From a virus, in the IMG/VR virus record IMGVR_UViG_3300012009_000091, positions 32,001 through 96,000 of that record: a stretch of 64,000 nt of DNA; one strand, given 5' to 3'. Positions 38,436-48,194 of the stretch are shown one piece after another. A model generated the notes under the pieces. The model had not been told where the DNA came from and searched no databases. It was given only the letters and a program-made list of their open reading frames with translations. Within the stretch, counting starts at the first letter, position 1, and every line of letters starts with the position of its first letter. A program made the position numbers and the translations under genes.

Positions 38436-38458
38436 GTTGTGTGCTCCTACCCTACGAT
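38429..38458 (+). promoter_or_regulatory. Sigma70-type promoter for the head/tail operon
   Basis: TTGACA (38429-38434), 18-nt spacer, TACGAT (38453-38458). Confidence 0.65.
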
Positions 38459-38498
38459 TGCAGAGGAAAACGTCTTTGTGGAACCCCAAGAGGCTTCC

Positions 38499-39578
38499 TT
38501 GAGTGTAACAATTGACAAAGCATTAATCACCAGCCTTGTAGACAAAGCTGCGGATTTGTTCATTGGAGACTGTTCTCCTGACCTGAGTACGGCTGTTGCG
38601 GATGCTATTGGGGATGTGCCATTCAATGAGGACCAGGTGGCGCGAATTGCACAAGCGACTAACCAGACAGTTTGGGCTCGATTGTCGTCCAGCAGAAAAC
38701 CGTGTACGGTAAGGTTTGAGCCCGCAATCGTCGAGGTTATCATGGAAAAGACAAAGGGAGCGCCGGAGAAAACAAAAACGGCGAATCGGGACATGCGCTG
38801 GGCTACAGGTCCTCAAAATCATTTTGAGGACCTGGTAGGTGCAGTTCTTGAGAAGACGGCAGCCAAAAGTAAGAAGCCGTCGGTTAAAAAACAAACCAAG
38901 ATGCGTTCGATCACCCCCAACTATTGGCGGGCACGAAATCTTCGTCGGAAGGGCTCCCAAGCTCCGGGAGCTCCGCCTACAAAAACACCGGAGATCAAAC
39001 GCGCTGCTCAGCTTCTTCCAGATACCCAATCGAGTTGGGGTCGTATTATCGAACAGTTGAAGACTGCGCAAGATGAGCTTGAGCTGCGTTTGCACAAACA
39101 CGAACAAAATTTCGAGGAAGAGCTGTCGGCGTTGAGTAAGACCGCGTCAGATCTTTTGTACGATGGTATCTCCCAGGAGACCGTCGAGAAGGCAGTGCTC
39201 GCTTCAGCAGACGAGCAAACAGGGCCTGCTTTAGTTGCTTGGCTCCAGAAACACGCCTTTCCCAAACATCCTGTGTTCCGAGATGAGTTTTCCTTCTTCG
39301 ATAAAAAGGCTCAACAAGTCTACGGCAACGTTACGGTATGGGATCCGATTTCTCTAGAGAAGACTGCCGAAGCCGACGATGTCGAAGAGTTCGATTCTAC
39401 TGCGCTCAATCCGGATCACCCTCTTGTCAAAGCGGCGGAAAGTTTGTGTGGCTTTCGGGTTGAGGGCCAACGAGCATCTGTCGCCATCGAAAAAATCCAA
39501 CAGCGGATTAAAGAGGCGTCTGATCTGAAACAAGCGGGAATTGAGGTGCCATTTCATGCCAGCGTTGGACACAGCTAA
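38499..39578 (+). CDS. Head core protein with many KxA motifs
   Basis: DKAAD, TKTAN, EKTAA, IKRAA, LKTAQ, SKTAS, QKHAF, DKKAQ, EKTAE, VKAAE, IKEAS, LKQAG; probable TTG start after GAGG. Confidence 0.65.
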   Translation: MSVTIDKALITSLVDKAADLFIGDCSPDLSTAVADAIGDVPFNEDQVARIAQATNQTVWARLSSSRKPCTVRFEPAIVEVIMEKTKGAPEKTKTANRDMRWATGPQNHFEDLVGAVLEKTAAKSKKPSVKKQTKMRSITPNYWRARNLRRKGSQAPGAPPTKTPEIKRAAQLLPDTQSSWGRIIEQLKTAQDELELRLHKHEQNFEEELSALSKTASDLLYDGISQETVEKAVLASADEQTGPALVAWLQKHAFPKHPVFRDEFSFFDKKAQQVYGNVTVWDPISLEKTAEADDVEEFDSTALNPDHPLVKAAESLCGFRVEGQRASVAIEKIQQRIKEASDLKQAGIEVPFHASVGHS

Positions 39579-40653
39579 ATCCCTTCTCGGGTTCGGCCGG
39601 GGTACGGTTGATGATACGTTCACAGGTGCCGCTGGGTTAGGTTCTCTAGCCATGTCTGGGTGGTCTCCGTTGAAAGCCTGGACACATCCTCTATACTACA
39701 GCGCAATGGGTCGCTCACCGACAGCGGCGTTGAAGGGGTACGGTACCACCAAACGGCGTCTGTTAGGGTTGCCTGAACCGCGGTCACAGTCCAATCGACA
39801 GCAGTTTCGGAAAACGGGGGAGGAGAGTTCCATGCAGAAGACAGCGCTGGGAAGATTAGTCAGAAAGGCCAAGAATTGGTTGGCACCAGAACTCGGCACT
39901 CTTGCGCGACAAGCAGCTGATCCCGGCCGTCGTACTCTCCGTCCGTCTCTTCGAGCTCCTCTTGCTGTAGCTGGCCTTTCCGCTGCTGCGTATGGAGGCG
40001 CGCAAGGATTAGGATACTTGGGCGATCAAGCTAGTGTAATCGGGCGAGCGCGTGGGTATCGTCAGTTGATGAAAAAGTATGGACCGGAGCTTCACGCGAT
40101 TGCTGAGCAGACACATGTGCCTGTACCTGAAGAGCGGATGCGTGATGTTTATAACGCTCTCTACAAGATGTCTCCAGATGTTGCGAAAGAGCCGACTCTC
40201 GCTGCAGCTCAAATGGCGCCGCTTATTCGTGAAGCTGGTTCTCCGAGTGGGACTATGGAGGGGGCGGAGGGGCCTGTTCCTCGTGTTATGTTGGAGGGGG
40301 GATTGGAACAAATGGCTGTTCCATCTCGTATCCAGTCTGGGATGCCAGACTCGTTTGCGGACCGTACTCAACCATGGGTACGCAGTGCAGTCGGCGCTTT
40401 TGGGGACTACGACTTAAACACGGCGGCCCAACGTGAGATGATGAGAGCTGAGTTTCAGCAACCTGATTTGAAAGCCAAAAGTGACTTGGCGGCTGATCTG
40501 AGTTCGTTGGGTCGTCGACGTATGGAATTGCAAGCTCTCTATCGACAGAAGGCGGATGCTCTGAGAGCTGGAAACCAGACGGCTATTCAAGCTCTTGAAT
40601 CGCGGATTCGCCAACTTCGCACAGGTAGACCAGAGGCAGCGTCGAGGATTTGA
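39556..40653 (+). CDS. Basic, Gly/Ala-rich probable internal virion protein
   Basis: GAGGTG RBS; internal MQKTAL followed by LAVAGLSAAAYGGAQGLG. Confidence 0.6.
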   Translation: MPALDTAKSLLGFGRGTVDDTFTGAAGLGSLAMSGWSPLKAWTHPLYYSAMGRSPTAALKGYGTTKRRLLGLPEPRSQSNRQQFRKTGEESSMQKTALGRLVRKAKNWLAPELGTLARQAADPGRRTLRPSLRAPLAVAGLSAAAYGGAQGLGYLGDQASVIGRARGYRQLMKKYGPELHAIAEQTHVPVPEERMRDVYNALYKMSPDVAKEPTLAAAQMAPLIREAGSPSGTMEGAEGPVPRVMLEGGLEQMAVPSRIQSGMPDSFADRTQPWVRSAVGAFGDYDLNTAAQREMMRAEFQQPDLKAKSDLAADLSSLGRRRMELQALYRQKADALRAGNQTAIQALESRIRQLRTGRPEAASRI

Positions 40654-43340
40654 TGGAGAAGTTCATCAAAATAGGCGCCAGCTCAGGGGGCCATTGGGAC
40701 TCATTTTACCACATCATGCGCGGAGATCGTGCGGACATGGTGAAATGGGCGGCTGCTGGAAGTTATCATCCACGTATCGAAAGATACCTTGCGACAGAGC
40801 CTTTTACTCGTCGTGACCTCGTGCTCGTCGTGGTTCCTTTAGGAGCTCATGAGGCTTGGGGCTGTAATGTCAATGGAGATGCATTCCAGCAAGAGCAGAT
40901 TGAGCCGGCTCATCGAGATTGGGGTCACGAGAGTTTCGTCCATCACGCCAATGCGTTTGTTCATCATCAGAACAAAGATCCACAGAAAGGATTCGGAAAA
41001 GTACCTATTGCGGTATTTGAACCCGTGATGCGGAGAATCGAAGCCGTCTTCAAGCTTGACCGAGACAAGGCGGATCGTGTCGGGGCTGGCACCTATGTCC
41101 GAAAGCTCGATGAGGGGGGGTCAGCTGATCTCAGCATGGGGTGTTTTCCGGCTGGCACGCTCGTTACTATGGCGGACGGTACTCAGAAACCAATCGAGAC
41201 GGTAGTGGTGGGGGATCTGGTTCTGACGAGTACAGGTCGAGCGCAGCGTGTAACGTCATTACACCCTCGTGAGTACGAGGGGCCACTACTGCGCATCAAA
41301 GTTTTTGGGCAGATAGAAGTGCGAGTTACTCCCGAACACCCGTTTTGGGCCACCCCCCGATCTTCGGTGATCAAAAATCGACGTTGGGTAGGAAAGGAGG
41401 ACGGCGCTCAGTGGGTACACGCAAAGTGTTTGCAGGAAGGGGATTATCTCACCACTCCCGTACTCCAAGAGGTTCTGACTCCGTCATATGCGTCACCTGC
41501 GCTGGCGCGACTGCTAGGATACTACCTCGCTGAGGGTCACGTACTCTATAATAAAAAAGGTGAGTACGTCGGCATCGAGCTGGCTGTAAATCGGATGGAC
41601 GCAGTGCTGGACGAGATCGAAAGCCTGTGTCGTGATTTCGGGTCCAGAAACGCGCCAGCTATCCGTCCACGCACAAATTCCAAACACGCGTTGGCAATTC
41701 AGATATTCGACCCACACTTGGCGGAGCTTTGTTTCAACCACTGTGGGAGTTACGCACGCCACAAGCGACTATCCGAAGATGTCATGTGGTGGGATCCAGA
41801 GTTGCAGCGACAATTGATTGGGGCCTACATTAATGGGGACGGGGGACAGTTGGAATCATGGCAACCTGGGGCTGTGGTCCTCTCCACGTTATCTGATCAT
41901 CTCGCCGCGCAGATCCCGCAGCTTCTCTTTCGTTGTGGCGTCAAATCCAACACTCAGTTGTTACGACATGAATCCGGAGGTGGATTCAATAGCAGTGCCA
42001 CCTTTGAACACCAGATCTACATCGGGAAACATCAAGTTCCGTCGTTGTTGGATGTAGCGCGTCTCAAAATGCCAGAACTGAGTCGTGATACGAACCCTGG
42101 GGCAAAGTTGGAAGGCGGCCTTGTCTTCTCGAAACTCCGAGAGATTTCCACGGAGTTTTTTCAAGGTACGGTATTCAACTTCGAGGTGGAAGAAGACGAG
42201 TCGTATGTGGTGGAGGGCCTAGCTGTACACAATTGCAAGGTGCCCTATGACATTTGTTCCATTTGCGGCCAGGAGTCTAAGTCTGTCGCGAATTATTGTA
42301 CCTGTCTCAAAGATGAGATGTTGAAGATCGAACCGGATGGTCGGATTCACTGTGCCTATAATCCTCGTCCTCGATTCTTCGATCTCAGCATTGTTATTGT
42401 TCGGGCAGCTAAAGAAGCTGCCATCCTAGAAAAGGCCGCGGCAGCGGGTATGGTCATGGATCAGAAAGACCCAGTAGATTGGACGACATCTTCCTTTTCA
42501 TTGGATGATGATTCTGGTCTTTATTTGACTAAAGCCGCCAGCGCGAAGGAAGCTGACACCAAACTAGCGGAAATCGAGAAGAAGCTCCCTGAAGTCTTCC
42601 ATGAGATGGTCTGGCCGATGATACGTTCTGAGGAGGCTCTCCCTGAGAGTCTTATGGATCGGTTGTCGGATCATACTCTCCCTAAAAGTCTGGCCTCTAC
42701 TTCTGCTTGTGGGATTGTCCTTCGCCCGCGTGAGTTCCAGCGTTTGTATCTTAGGCGAACAGGGCGCCCAGAAATGGCTGAGGAATTACACAAAAAGCGG
42801 TGTATTTTTTCTCCGCGTGATAGTCGCCATGCTTATCGTCTCCAATCGGATGACATAGAAGAGAAGATTCTCCCCTTGTTACACGATCTCCTCCCGAAGA
42901 GGAGCGTGTTCCAGCCGTTTGTGAGTAAGCGCATTATCATTGTTCGTCTTCGCGGGGAGAGGCCGACTGAACCAGAACTTGTAGAAAAAACCAGTGAGGC
43001 CCTTGACGAAGTCGGAGAAGAGTACGCAAAATATATCAACGGTCTGGCTCGCTTGCCATCTCTGCTTAAATCTGCGATGGTACGACATGGAGATCTTTAT
43101 GATGCATTTGCGGCAGAATCATATGACCCGATGCGAAAGGTCGCCGGATCTCTTGCATCTATCGTTGGGGCTGGTGTTGGTGTCGTATTGCCGGTATACT
43201 TGATGGCGTCAAAGTGGCGTGCAGATGCGACTCGTGGATATGATCCGGGACTACTTAAGGGAATTGTGGCTGATTACCCCGCCACAACATCCATTGGGGT
43301 GTTGACAGGCCTGCGTTATTTGGGCAAAAGAGGGAAGTGA
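40653..43340 (+). CDS. Prohead maturation protease precursor containing an intein
   Basis: NGDAF, HHQNKDP (His), DLSMG (Ser), FFDLSIV..AAKEA: HK97/assemblin-like motifs; lies upstream of scaffold and capsid genes. Confidence 0.75.
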   Translation: MEKFIKIGASSGGHWDSFYHIMRGDRADMVKWAAAGSYHPRIERYLATEPFTRRDLVLVVVPLGAHEAWGCNVNGDAFQQEQIEPAHRDWGHESFVHHANAFVHHQNKDPQKGFGKVPIAVFEPVMRRIEAVFKLDRDKADRVGAGTYVRKLDEGGSADLSMGCFPAGTLVTMADGTQKPIETVVVGDLVLTSTGRAQRVTSLHPREYEGPLLRIKVFGQIEVRVTPEHPFWATPRSSVIKNRRWVGKEDGAQWVHAKCLQEGDYLTTPVLQEVLTPSYASPALARLLGYYLAEGHVLYNKKGEYVGIELAVNRMDAVLDEIESLCRDFGSRNAPAIRPRTNSKHALAIQIFDPHLAELCFNHCGSYARHKRLSEDVMWWDPELQRQLIGAYINGDGGQLESWQPGAVVLSTLSDHLAAQIPQLLFRCGVKSNTQLLRHESGGGFNSSATFEHQIYIGKHQVPSLLDVARLKMPELSRDTNPGAKLEGGLVFSKLREISTEFFQGTVFNFEVEEDESYVVEGLAVHNCKVPYDICSICGQESKSVANYCTCLKDEMLKIEPDGRIHCAYNPRPRFFDLSIVIVRAAKEAAILEKAAAAGMVMDQKDPVDWTTSSFSLDDDSGLYLTKAASAKEADTKLAEIEKKLPEVFHEMVWPMIRSEEALPESLMDRLSDHTLPKSLASTSACGIVLRPREFQRLYLRRTGRPEMAEELHKKRCIFSPRDSRHAYRLQSDDIEEKILPLLHDLLPKRSVFQPFVSKRIIIVRLRGERPTEPELVEKTSEALDEVGEEYAKYINGLARLPSLLKSAMVRHGDLYDAFAAESYDPMRKVAGSLASIVGAGVGVVLPVYLMASKWRADATRGYDPGLLKGIVADYPATTSIGVLTGLRYLGKRGK
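41142..42233 (+). mobile_element. Intein with LAGLIDADG homing endonuclease (364 aa)
   Basis: Starts CFPAGTLV, block B VTPEHPF, LLGYYLAEG and LIGAYINGDG, VFNFEVEEDESY, ends VHN followed by Cys. Confidence 0.96.
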
Positions 43341-43348
43341 GGTATCCG

Positions 43349-43639
43349 ATGGTCAACTCGCAAGAACAATTGGCCCAGGCAATTCGACAGTTGGTGAGTT
43401 CTGATGGACGGCTTACCAAGTATGCAGCTGCTCAACATCTCGTTCAGAACGAGCAGTTGATGAAGCTGGCACAAGATCGACAGTACTCTGATGAGCTACA
43501 GGGGCAGATCATGTTCGAATCCTTTCTCGATGAATTGGATAAGATCGCATCTGCTGAAATGGCCACAGGTGAACGTTTTTCTCTGACGGACTATGAGAAA
43601 CGCCATCCCCTCGAGTTCGTTCAATACGTATGGAGCTGA
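43349..43639 (+). CDS. Small head core protein
   Basis: TKYAA, MKLAQ, GQIMFESFLDELDKIAS. Confidence 0.65.
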   Translation: MVNSQEQLAQAIRQLVSSDGRLTKYAAAQHLVQNEQLMKLAQDRQYSDELQGQIMFESFLDELDKIASAEMATGERFSLTDYEKRHPLEFVQYVWS

Positions 43640-43640
43640 G

Positions 43641-44432
43641 ATGTCAGGCGATATCCTTTCCAAGTTGTTCTCACAGATCCCTCCTGACCAAGGTGACTTT
43701 CAGAAGACCGCTGGACAATCGGCTCTAACCGACCAGATCCAAGGTTTCTTGGACATGTTCAAGGGTGCCGAAAACAACACCGAGTCGGTGGAAGAGCAAG
43801 CCGAAGAGAAGGCGAAAAAGAAAAAGGAAGAGGCGCGCGGAGCCGCTACGACTTCCGGGAAGGGAACTCAGAGTGAGATCCCGCCCGAATTTCTTGCTCA
43901 GCAAGAGAGTGAGGACAAGAAAAAAGAGGAAGGTTCTGAAAAGGAAGCTTCTTTGAGTCCGGGTGCCGTTCGACAAGCTATCGACTTTTTGGTGCAGAAC
44001 CAACTGCAGTCTTCTTCCGTCAAGCTCGCTGAGGATCAAAAGCGGACCAAGTTGGCCGCCGCTGCCGAGCTGTCTCAAACCAATTGGGGAGGGAAGGTCA
44101 AGGCGGCAGCGGCAGCTGATGAACTGGCCAAGATTGCCTACTATGAAGCGGTCGGTGTTCCCTTCGAGGCTTACTTGAAGATGGCGCAAGGCGCAGATCC
44201 AGCGGCGGCGATGGCTGCCGCAGCTCCGAGTGGTCCTCCGCCTGGAGGCCCCCAGGGACCTCCTCCGGGACCTCCTCCGGGTCCGCCAGCTGAAGGCCCT
44301 CCGGGACCAGGGCCGGGCGGCGGTCCGCCGGTAGATCCCAATGCGGTTCTCGAGGATCTGATGGCACTGCCTCCGGAGGTACAAGCTCAGATCCTCGCAG
44401 CCGTCAGCGGTGGCGGTGGCGGAGGACAGTAG
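43641..44432 (+). CDS. Scaffold/core protein with GPPPG repeats
   Basis: QKTAG, EKEAS, VKLAE, TKLAA, DELAKIAY, LKMAQ; Pro/Gly repeat at about 44230-44330. Confidence 0.65.
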   Translation: MSGDILSKLFSQIPPDQGDFQKTAGQSALTDQIQGFLDMFKGAENNTESVEEQAEEKAKKKKEEARGAATTSGKGTQSEIPPEFLAQQESEDKKKEEGSEKEASLSPGAVRQAIDFLVQNQLQSSSVKLAEDQKRTKLAAAAELSQTNWGGKVKAAAAADELAKIAYYEAVGVPFEAYLKMAQGADPAAAMAAAAPSGPPPGGPQGPPPGPPPGPPAEGPPGPGPGGGPPVDPNAVLEDLMALPPEVQAQILAAVSGGGGGGQ

Positions 44433-44457
44433 TTCATCGAACAAGGGAGTCGCGAGG

Positions 44458-45429
44458 ATGAAGTTCTCACAAATCGAAGATATCATCGCCGAGTCGCTCG
44501 AGGCGGCCGAAGAGGAACGGCGTCAACATTTGAAGGTGGCGTCTGTTCCTATTTCAATAGAGGGTGCTGACCTCGATCATCAAGTCGAAAAGTTAGCAGC
44601 TGTTTACGACTATTTGGCTCGGGAGCCCGATGCCATCGCTAAAGTCTCGATGGCACCGCACAATGGGAGTAATTCCCCAGAAGTGCAACCGCCTACAGAC
44701 GAGTCTCGGAGCACCACTGAGATGATGAGTGCGCAGACCACGCCTAACAGTCCTCACACTGATCAGGACGGGGTTGTGTCTGAACCATCCACTGACGTGG
44801 ATCGAGCTACCGCTGACTTTCAAAGTCCAGAGCCGGTCTTGAAGCAGTCGTCAGATTTGCAAGCACATGTTTATGCGACTGCTCAGATCTTCGATGCGGC
44901 CAACAAAAACCGCATGCCTGATATTGATAAGATCGCCGCTGACTCTGGTCTCAGTCCGGATACTGTCCATGGGATCCTGAAGAACATTGTCAGTACCAAG
45001 AAGATGGCTCAGGAGGACATTCCGGCTGCGAAGGAGGAAGAGGAGGGGCCTCCTCCGAAAGAGGAAGGGAACGAAGGACAACAGCCGGCACCTGAACCGA
45101 CAGATCAGCCTCAAGAAAGTAAAGAGAAGGACAAAAAGTCGTCAGACCAGCCTTCTCCCAAAGTAGCCGGGGCGGAAAACGAGTCGGCTGCTTCGCCTAC
45201 CGAGTTCGCGGCTGGCGAGGGAGGGTCCACTTCTCCAGAAGCCCAGTCCTTTTTGTCTACCCACGAGGCGGCTATTTCCTTCAAAAAGAGGCAAGCTAAG
45301 TTGACGAGCAATCAGAAGGCCCTGAATGGCTTGTTTTCTACTAGTGCCTATCAAGACCCCGTCGTCCACCGGCACTTCGAACATGCCAATGAAGCCGGGG
45401 TAAAGACTACGCCGGGAGGGCAGTCATGA
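44458..45429 (+). CDS. Acidic, low-complexity scaffold-like protein
   Basis: LKVAS, EKLAA, AKVSM, LKQSS, DKIAA, KKMAQ, PKVAG. Confidence 0.65.
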   Translation: MKFSQIEDIIAESLEAAEEERRQHLKVASVPISIEGADLDHQVEKLAAVYDYLAREPDAIAKVSMAPHNGSNSPEVQPPTDESRSTTEMMSAQTTPNSPHTDQDGVVSEPSTDVDRATADFQSPEPVLKQSSDLQAHVYATAQIFDAANKNRMPDIDKIAADSGLSPDTVHGILKNIVSTKKMAQEDIPAAKEEEEGPPPKEEGNEGQQPAPEPTDQPQESKEKDKKSSDQPSPKVAGAENESAASPTEFAAGEGGSTSPEAQSFLSTHEAAISFKKRQAKLTSNQKALNGLFSTSAYQDPVVHRHFEHANEAGVKTTPGGQS

Positions 45430-45806
45430 CTGATCAACGTCAAGAATTGTTTGCCAAAACGGCCCAGCTTCTGCGGAATTTGAATTCTGAAAGACTGGCC
45501 GTCATCCGCGAGCGAGACAACGCTCAAGAAAAGGTGGCGGACGCCGAGAAAAAAGATCGTGCATATGCGCTTGCCAAAACGGCCGTCACTCGTGGTATCA
45601 TTGATGATGACTTCGAGAGCGTGCAAAGCTTTGTTGATGATGTTCTCGATTCGAGTCGACCATTTGAGGTCATCGAAGAAGCGACCAAGATGGCGACAAG
45701 CAGTGCACAGTTCTCAGTCCGGGAAGTTCCGGAGGATGAGACAGGAACCGGCGGACGTCGGGTCGATGCTCTGACCAGCTTGATCATGGGGTCTGTAATC
45801 GAGTAG
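45426..45806 (+). CDS. Small coiled-coil scaffold-like protein
   Basis: AKTAQ, EKVAD, AKTAV, TKMAT; directly before the decoration and capsid genes. Confidence 0.6.
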   Translation: MTDQRQELFAKTAQLLRNLNSERLAVIRERDNAQEKVADAEKKDRAYALAKTAVTRGIIDDDFESVQSFVDDVLDSSRPFEVIEEATKMATSSAQFSVREVPEDETGTGGRRVDALTSLIMGSVIE

Positions 45807-45833
45807 TGAACTCGAGAAGTAAGGAGAATAATC

Positions 45834-46331
45834 GTGTTGAAAGGATTTGGACACTTCCAGGTGCTGACCGCTGAGGAGTTCAACACTCGGTTCGCGCACA
45901 AAGTCGCTGATCCGACTCTACTGAGTCCTATGGACGCAGATGCGTTCGAGCAGGGTGAGTGGCTGAAACCCACCGCCGCTGACGGGACCAAGTTTGAGCG
46001 TGCGGGTGCAGGCGGCAATGGTCCGGGGATCGCATATCCCATAGCGGGCCGGAAAGGCGCGACTGACGCTCAGAGCCGCAAGAAGATCGAACTCTACGCG
46101 GTTTGGGAGCAGGCACACACCACCAGCTTCGATCCCAACGGTACCTACAATGTAGGTACTCCTCTTCGCGTGGAGCTCAAGGATATCGGCGGTGGGGTTA
46201 TGAGATCAGTTCTGACCGATGCTGCAGCCTCCGGTGAAGTTGTAGCAGAGGTGGAAGTACCTCCGGTTGCCCCGCTGACGGATTTCAACCAGATGCGGAT
46301 CAAACGGGCACGATATCAGTTGAATCCCTAG
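45834..46331 (+). CDS. Probable head decoration/cement protein
   Basis: 165-aa beta-rich protein immediately upstream of the capsid gene; AAGGAG RBS. Confidence 0.55.
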   Translation: MLKGFGHFQVLTAEEFNTRFAHKVADPTLLSPMDADAFEQGEWLKPTAADGTKFERAGAGGNGPGIAYPIAGRKGATDAQSRKKIELYAVWEQAHTTSFDPNGTYNVGTPLRVELKDIGGGVMRSVLTDAAASGEVVAEVEVPPVAPLTDFNQMRIKRARYQLNP

Positions 46332-46382
46332 TCGGATTAGCTGAGAACGTTCCGAGGACACATCTTCAGGGAGATGAATAGG

Positions 46383-47450
46383 ATGAGTGGAACCAACGAC
46401 CCCATGCAGTTCAATCAGGCTTTCGTGGCCTATTTGGACAATGAAGGGGGAATGCAGAAGATGGCCGCAGCCGGTCGTGCTTTCGTACGTGATCACCTGA
46501 GAGAAGAGTCGGCAGCTCGTCGACTTCTTCCTCCGGAAAGGCTGTCGCCGCAGAGCCCCAGAGTAATTCCGTCGCTCAACTCCGACACGCTAGTTGTGCG
46601 GAAGGACCTTGAGCCTGGGAGCCGCGCCGTTTCATTGACATTTGGCGCTTCTCCTGCAGCCTCGATCGTCAGTACGCAGCGAATCGATATTCCGGTCTTC
46701 ACGATCAGCTCAGAGATGTTCCATATCCGCGAGCAGCATCTGTTGGCGTATGAGGCTCCAGTCACGCGACTCGTCGAAGATAACACTGGGAAGGACATCC
46801 AAGAGATCGAAGATCTCGAGTGGAGGACCTACTCGGAGGCGGCTGTCGTATCAACGGGTCGCGTGGTTCGAGGAGCACAGGCGGCGGCAGATGCTGCTGT
46901 TCACGGCAATGGCTCTGGATTTCGTGGCGAAATTGAGCGTCCGGATTTTGTGGACCTTGCCAACGTTATGTTGGATGACGGCAATCGGAAGCGTCTCAAC
47001 AAAATCTGGATGAACGACATCGACTTCAACACTATCTTGAAGTGGACGGTCGAAGATGTCGGATCGGCTCATCAGGGTGAGACGTTGGTCAAGGGGTACA
47101 CCTACGATAAGGTTCTGAACTACCTCATCGTGCGTACCATCAAGACCGACCTGCTTCAGACGGGCAACGTCTTTGGTTATGCCGAACCGGAGTTTCTCGG
47201 GTTCTTCTTCATCCTGAATGACGTGAAGTTCTACATCGACAAGGTGGCGAACCTCATTCGGTGGCAGGCCTGGGAAGACATCGCAATTTCCATTTCGAAC
47301 ATCTCCTCGGTTGCCAAGGGGGAGCTGTACAACGGTCAAGGTGGGGGGGACAACAGCCCCGACGCGTTGCCCGAGGAAGAGGACCTGTTCCAGCAGACGA
47401 ACCCGGTGTTCCAGGGTGGAACGGCGTTCCCGTCAGTCACTCTCTACTAA
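46383..47450 (+). CDS. Major capsid protein (HK97 fold expected)
   Basis: About 355 aa, position after protease/scaffold/decoration genes, N-terminal QKMAA site, DIQEIED spine-helix-like segment. Confidence 0.75.
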   Translation: MSGTNDPMQFNQAFVAYLDNEGGMQKMAAAGRAFVRDHLREESAARRLLPPERLSPQSPRVIPSLNSDTLVVRKDLEPGSRAVSLTFGASPAASIVSTQRIDIPVFTISSEMFHIREQHLLAYEAPVTRLVEDNTGKDIQEIEDLEWRTYSEAAVVSTGRVVRGAQAAADAAVHGNGSGFRGEIERPDFVDLANVMLDDGNRKRLNKIWMNDIDFNTILKWTVEDVGSAHQGETLVKGYTYDKVLNYLIVRTIKTDLLQTGNVFGYAEPEFLGFFFILNDVKFYIDKVANLIRWQAWEDIAISISNISSVAKGELYNGQGGGDNSPDALPEEEDLFQQTNPVFQGGTAFPSVTLY

Positions 47451-47484
47451 TCCAGAAGCAGAGAGTGCGATAAAGGAGGGCTCC

Positions 47485-48006
47485 ATGGCGCCCAAGAAAG
47501 AACGGCGCTTCCACATTCGGAACATTTCCGGTCGTCCGGGGGTAACGCGGACTATCATCCCTTATGGGGGTGTGTCTTCATTACCTCCCGGTACTCACCG
47601 GAGACGTAAGCCCCGACGTAAACCAGGAAGGCATACTGCCATCATTGCCGAATCCGAACTCCGGAGGCTGGTCGGGCTCTATCGAGCTGGGCAGATGAGT
47701 GTTGAGGCCATGGATGGCCTACCTCTTCCTTCTTGGTTGTCGTCTGTACCGCAGACGATAGAGACGGTGGTCGAACAGGAAGCCGATAAGGTCGAACAGG
47801 TCGAACAAAAAGTCGACCAGGTCGAGGCCACGATGGAGAAGCGAGGTGTCGTCTCTCCGTCTGACATGACGGTTTCAGAAATCGGGGTTTGGGCTATGCG
47901 ACAAGATCTCGAAAGCTTGAAAGCGGCCTTGAAGTTGGAATCCGATAACAAAGGTCGGAAAACAGCTTTGCAGGTTCTCCAAGATCGTATCGAGGAGCTG
48001 TCATGA
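47485..48006 (+). CDS. Hypothetical protein after the capsid gene
   Basis: AAGGAGG before MAPKKERR. Confidence 0.65.
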   Translation: MAPKKERRFHIRNISGRPGVTRTIIPYGGVSSLPPGTHRRRKPRRKPGRHTAIIAESELRRLVGLYRAGQMSVEAMDGLPLPSWLSSVPQTIETVVEQEADKVEQVEQKVDQVEATMEKRGVVSPSDMTVSEIGVWAMRQDLESLKAALKLESDNKGRKTALQVLQDRIEELS

Positions 48007-48182
48007 AAGCACGCAAGACAGTGGGCGTGGTTCAAGTAGCCGGAACCTTCCTGCGTCCAGGGGAAAACAAGATCGTAGATACCGACAAGATCACGCCTCA
48101 GCAGCGTAAGTGGCAGGGGTCGTTGATTGAGATCAGAGACATGGGCCACGGGAAGAGCCAAGTGGTTCGTCGCCCGGTCTAG
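48003..48182 (+). CDS. Small hypothetical protein (59 aa)
   Basis: Below the track cutoff; GAGGAG RBS, ATGA overlap, MKARKTVGVVQVAGTFLRPGE... Confidence 0.6.
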   Translation: MKARKTVGVVQVAGTFLRPGENKIVDTDKITPQQRKWQGSLIEIRDMGHGKSQVVRRPV

Positions 48183-48194
48183 AGGGCCGGGTTA

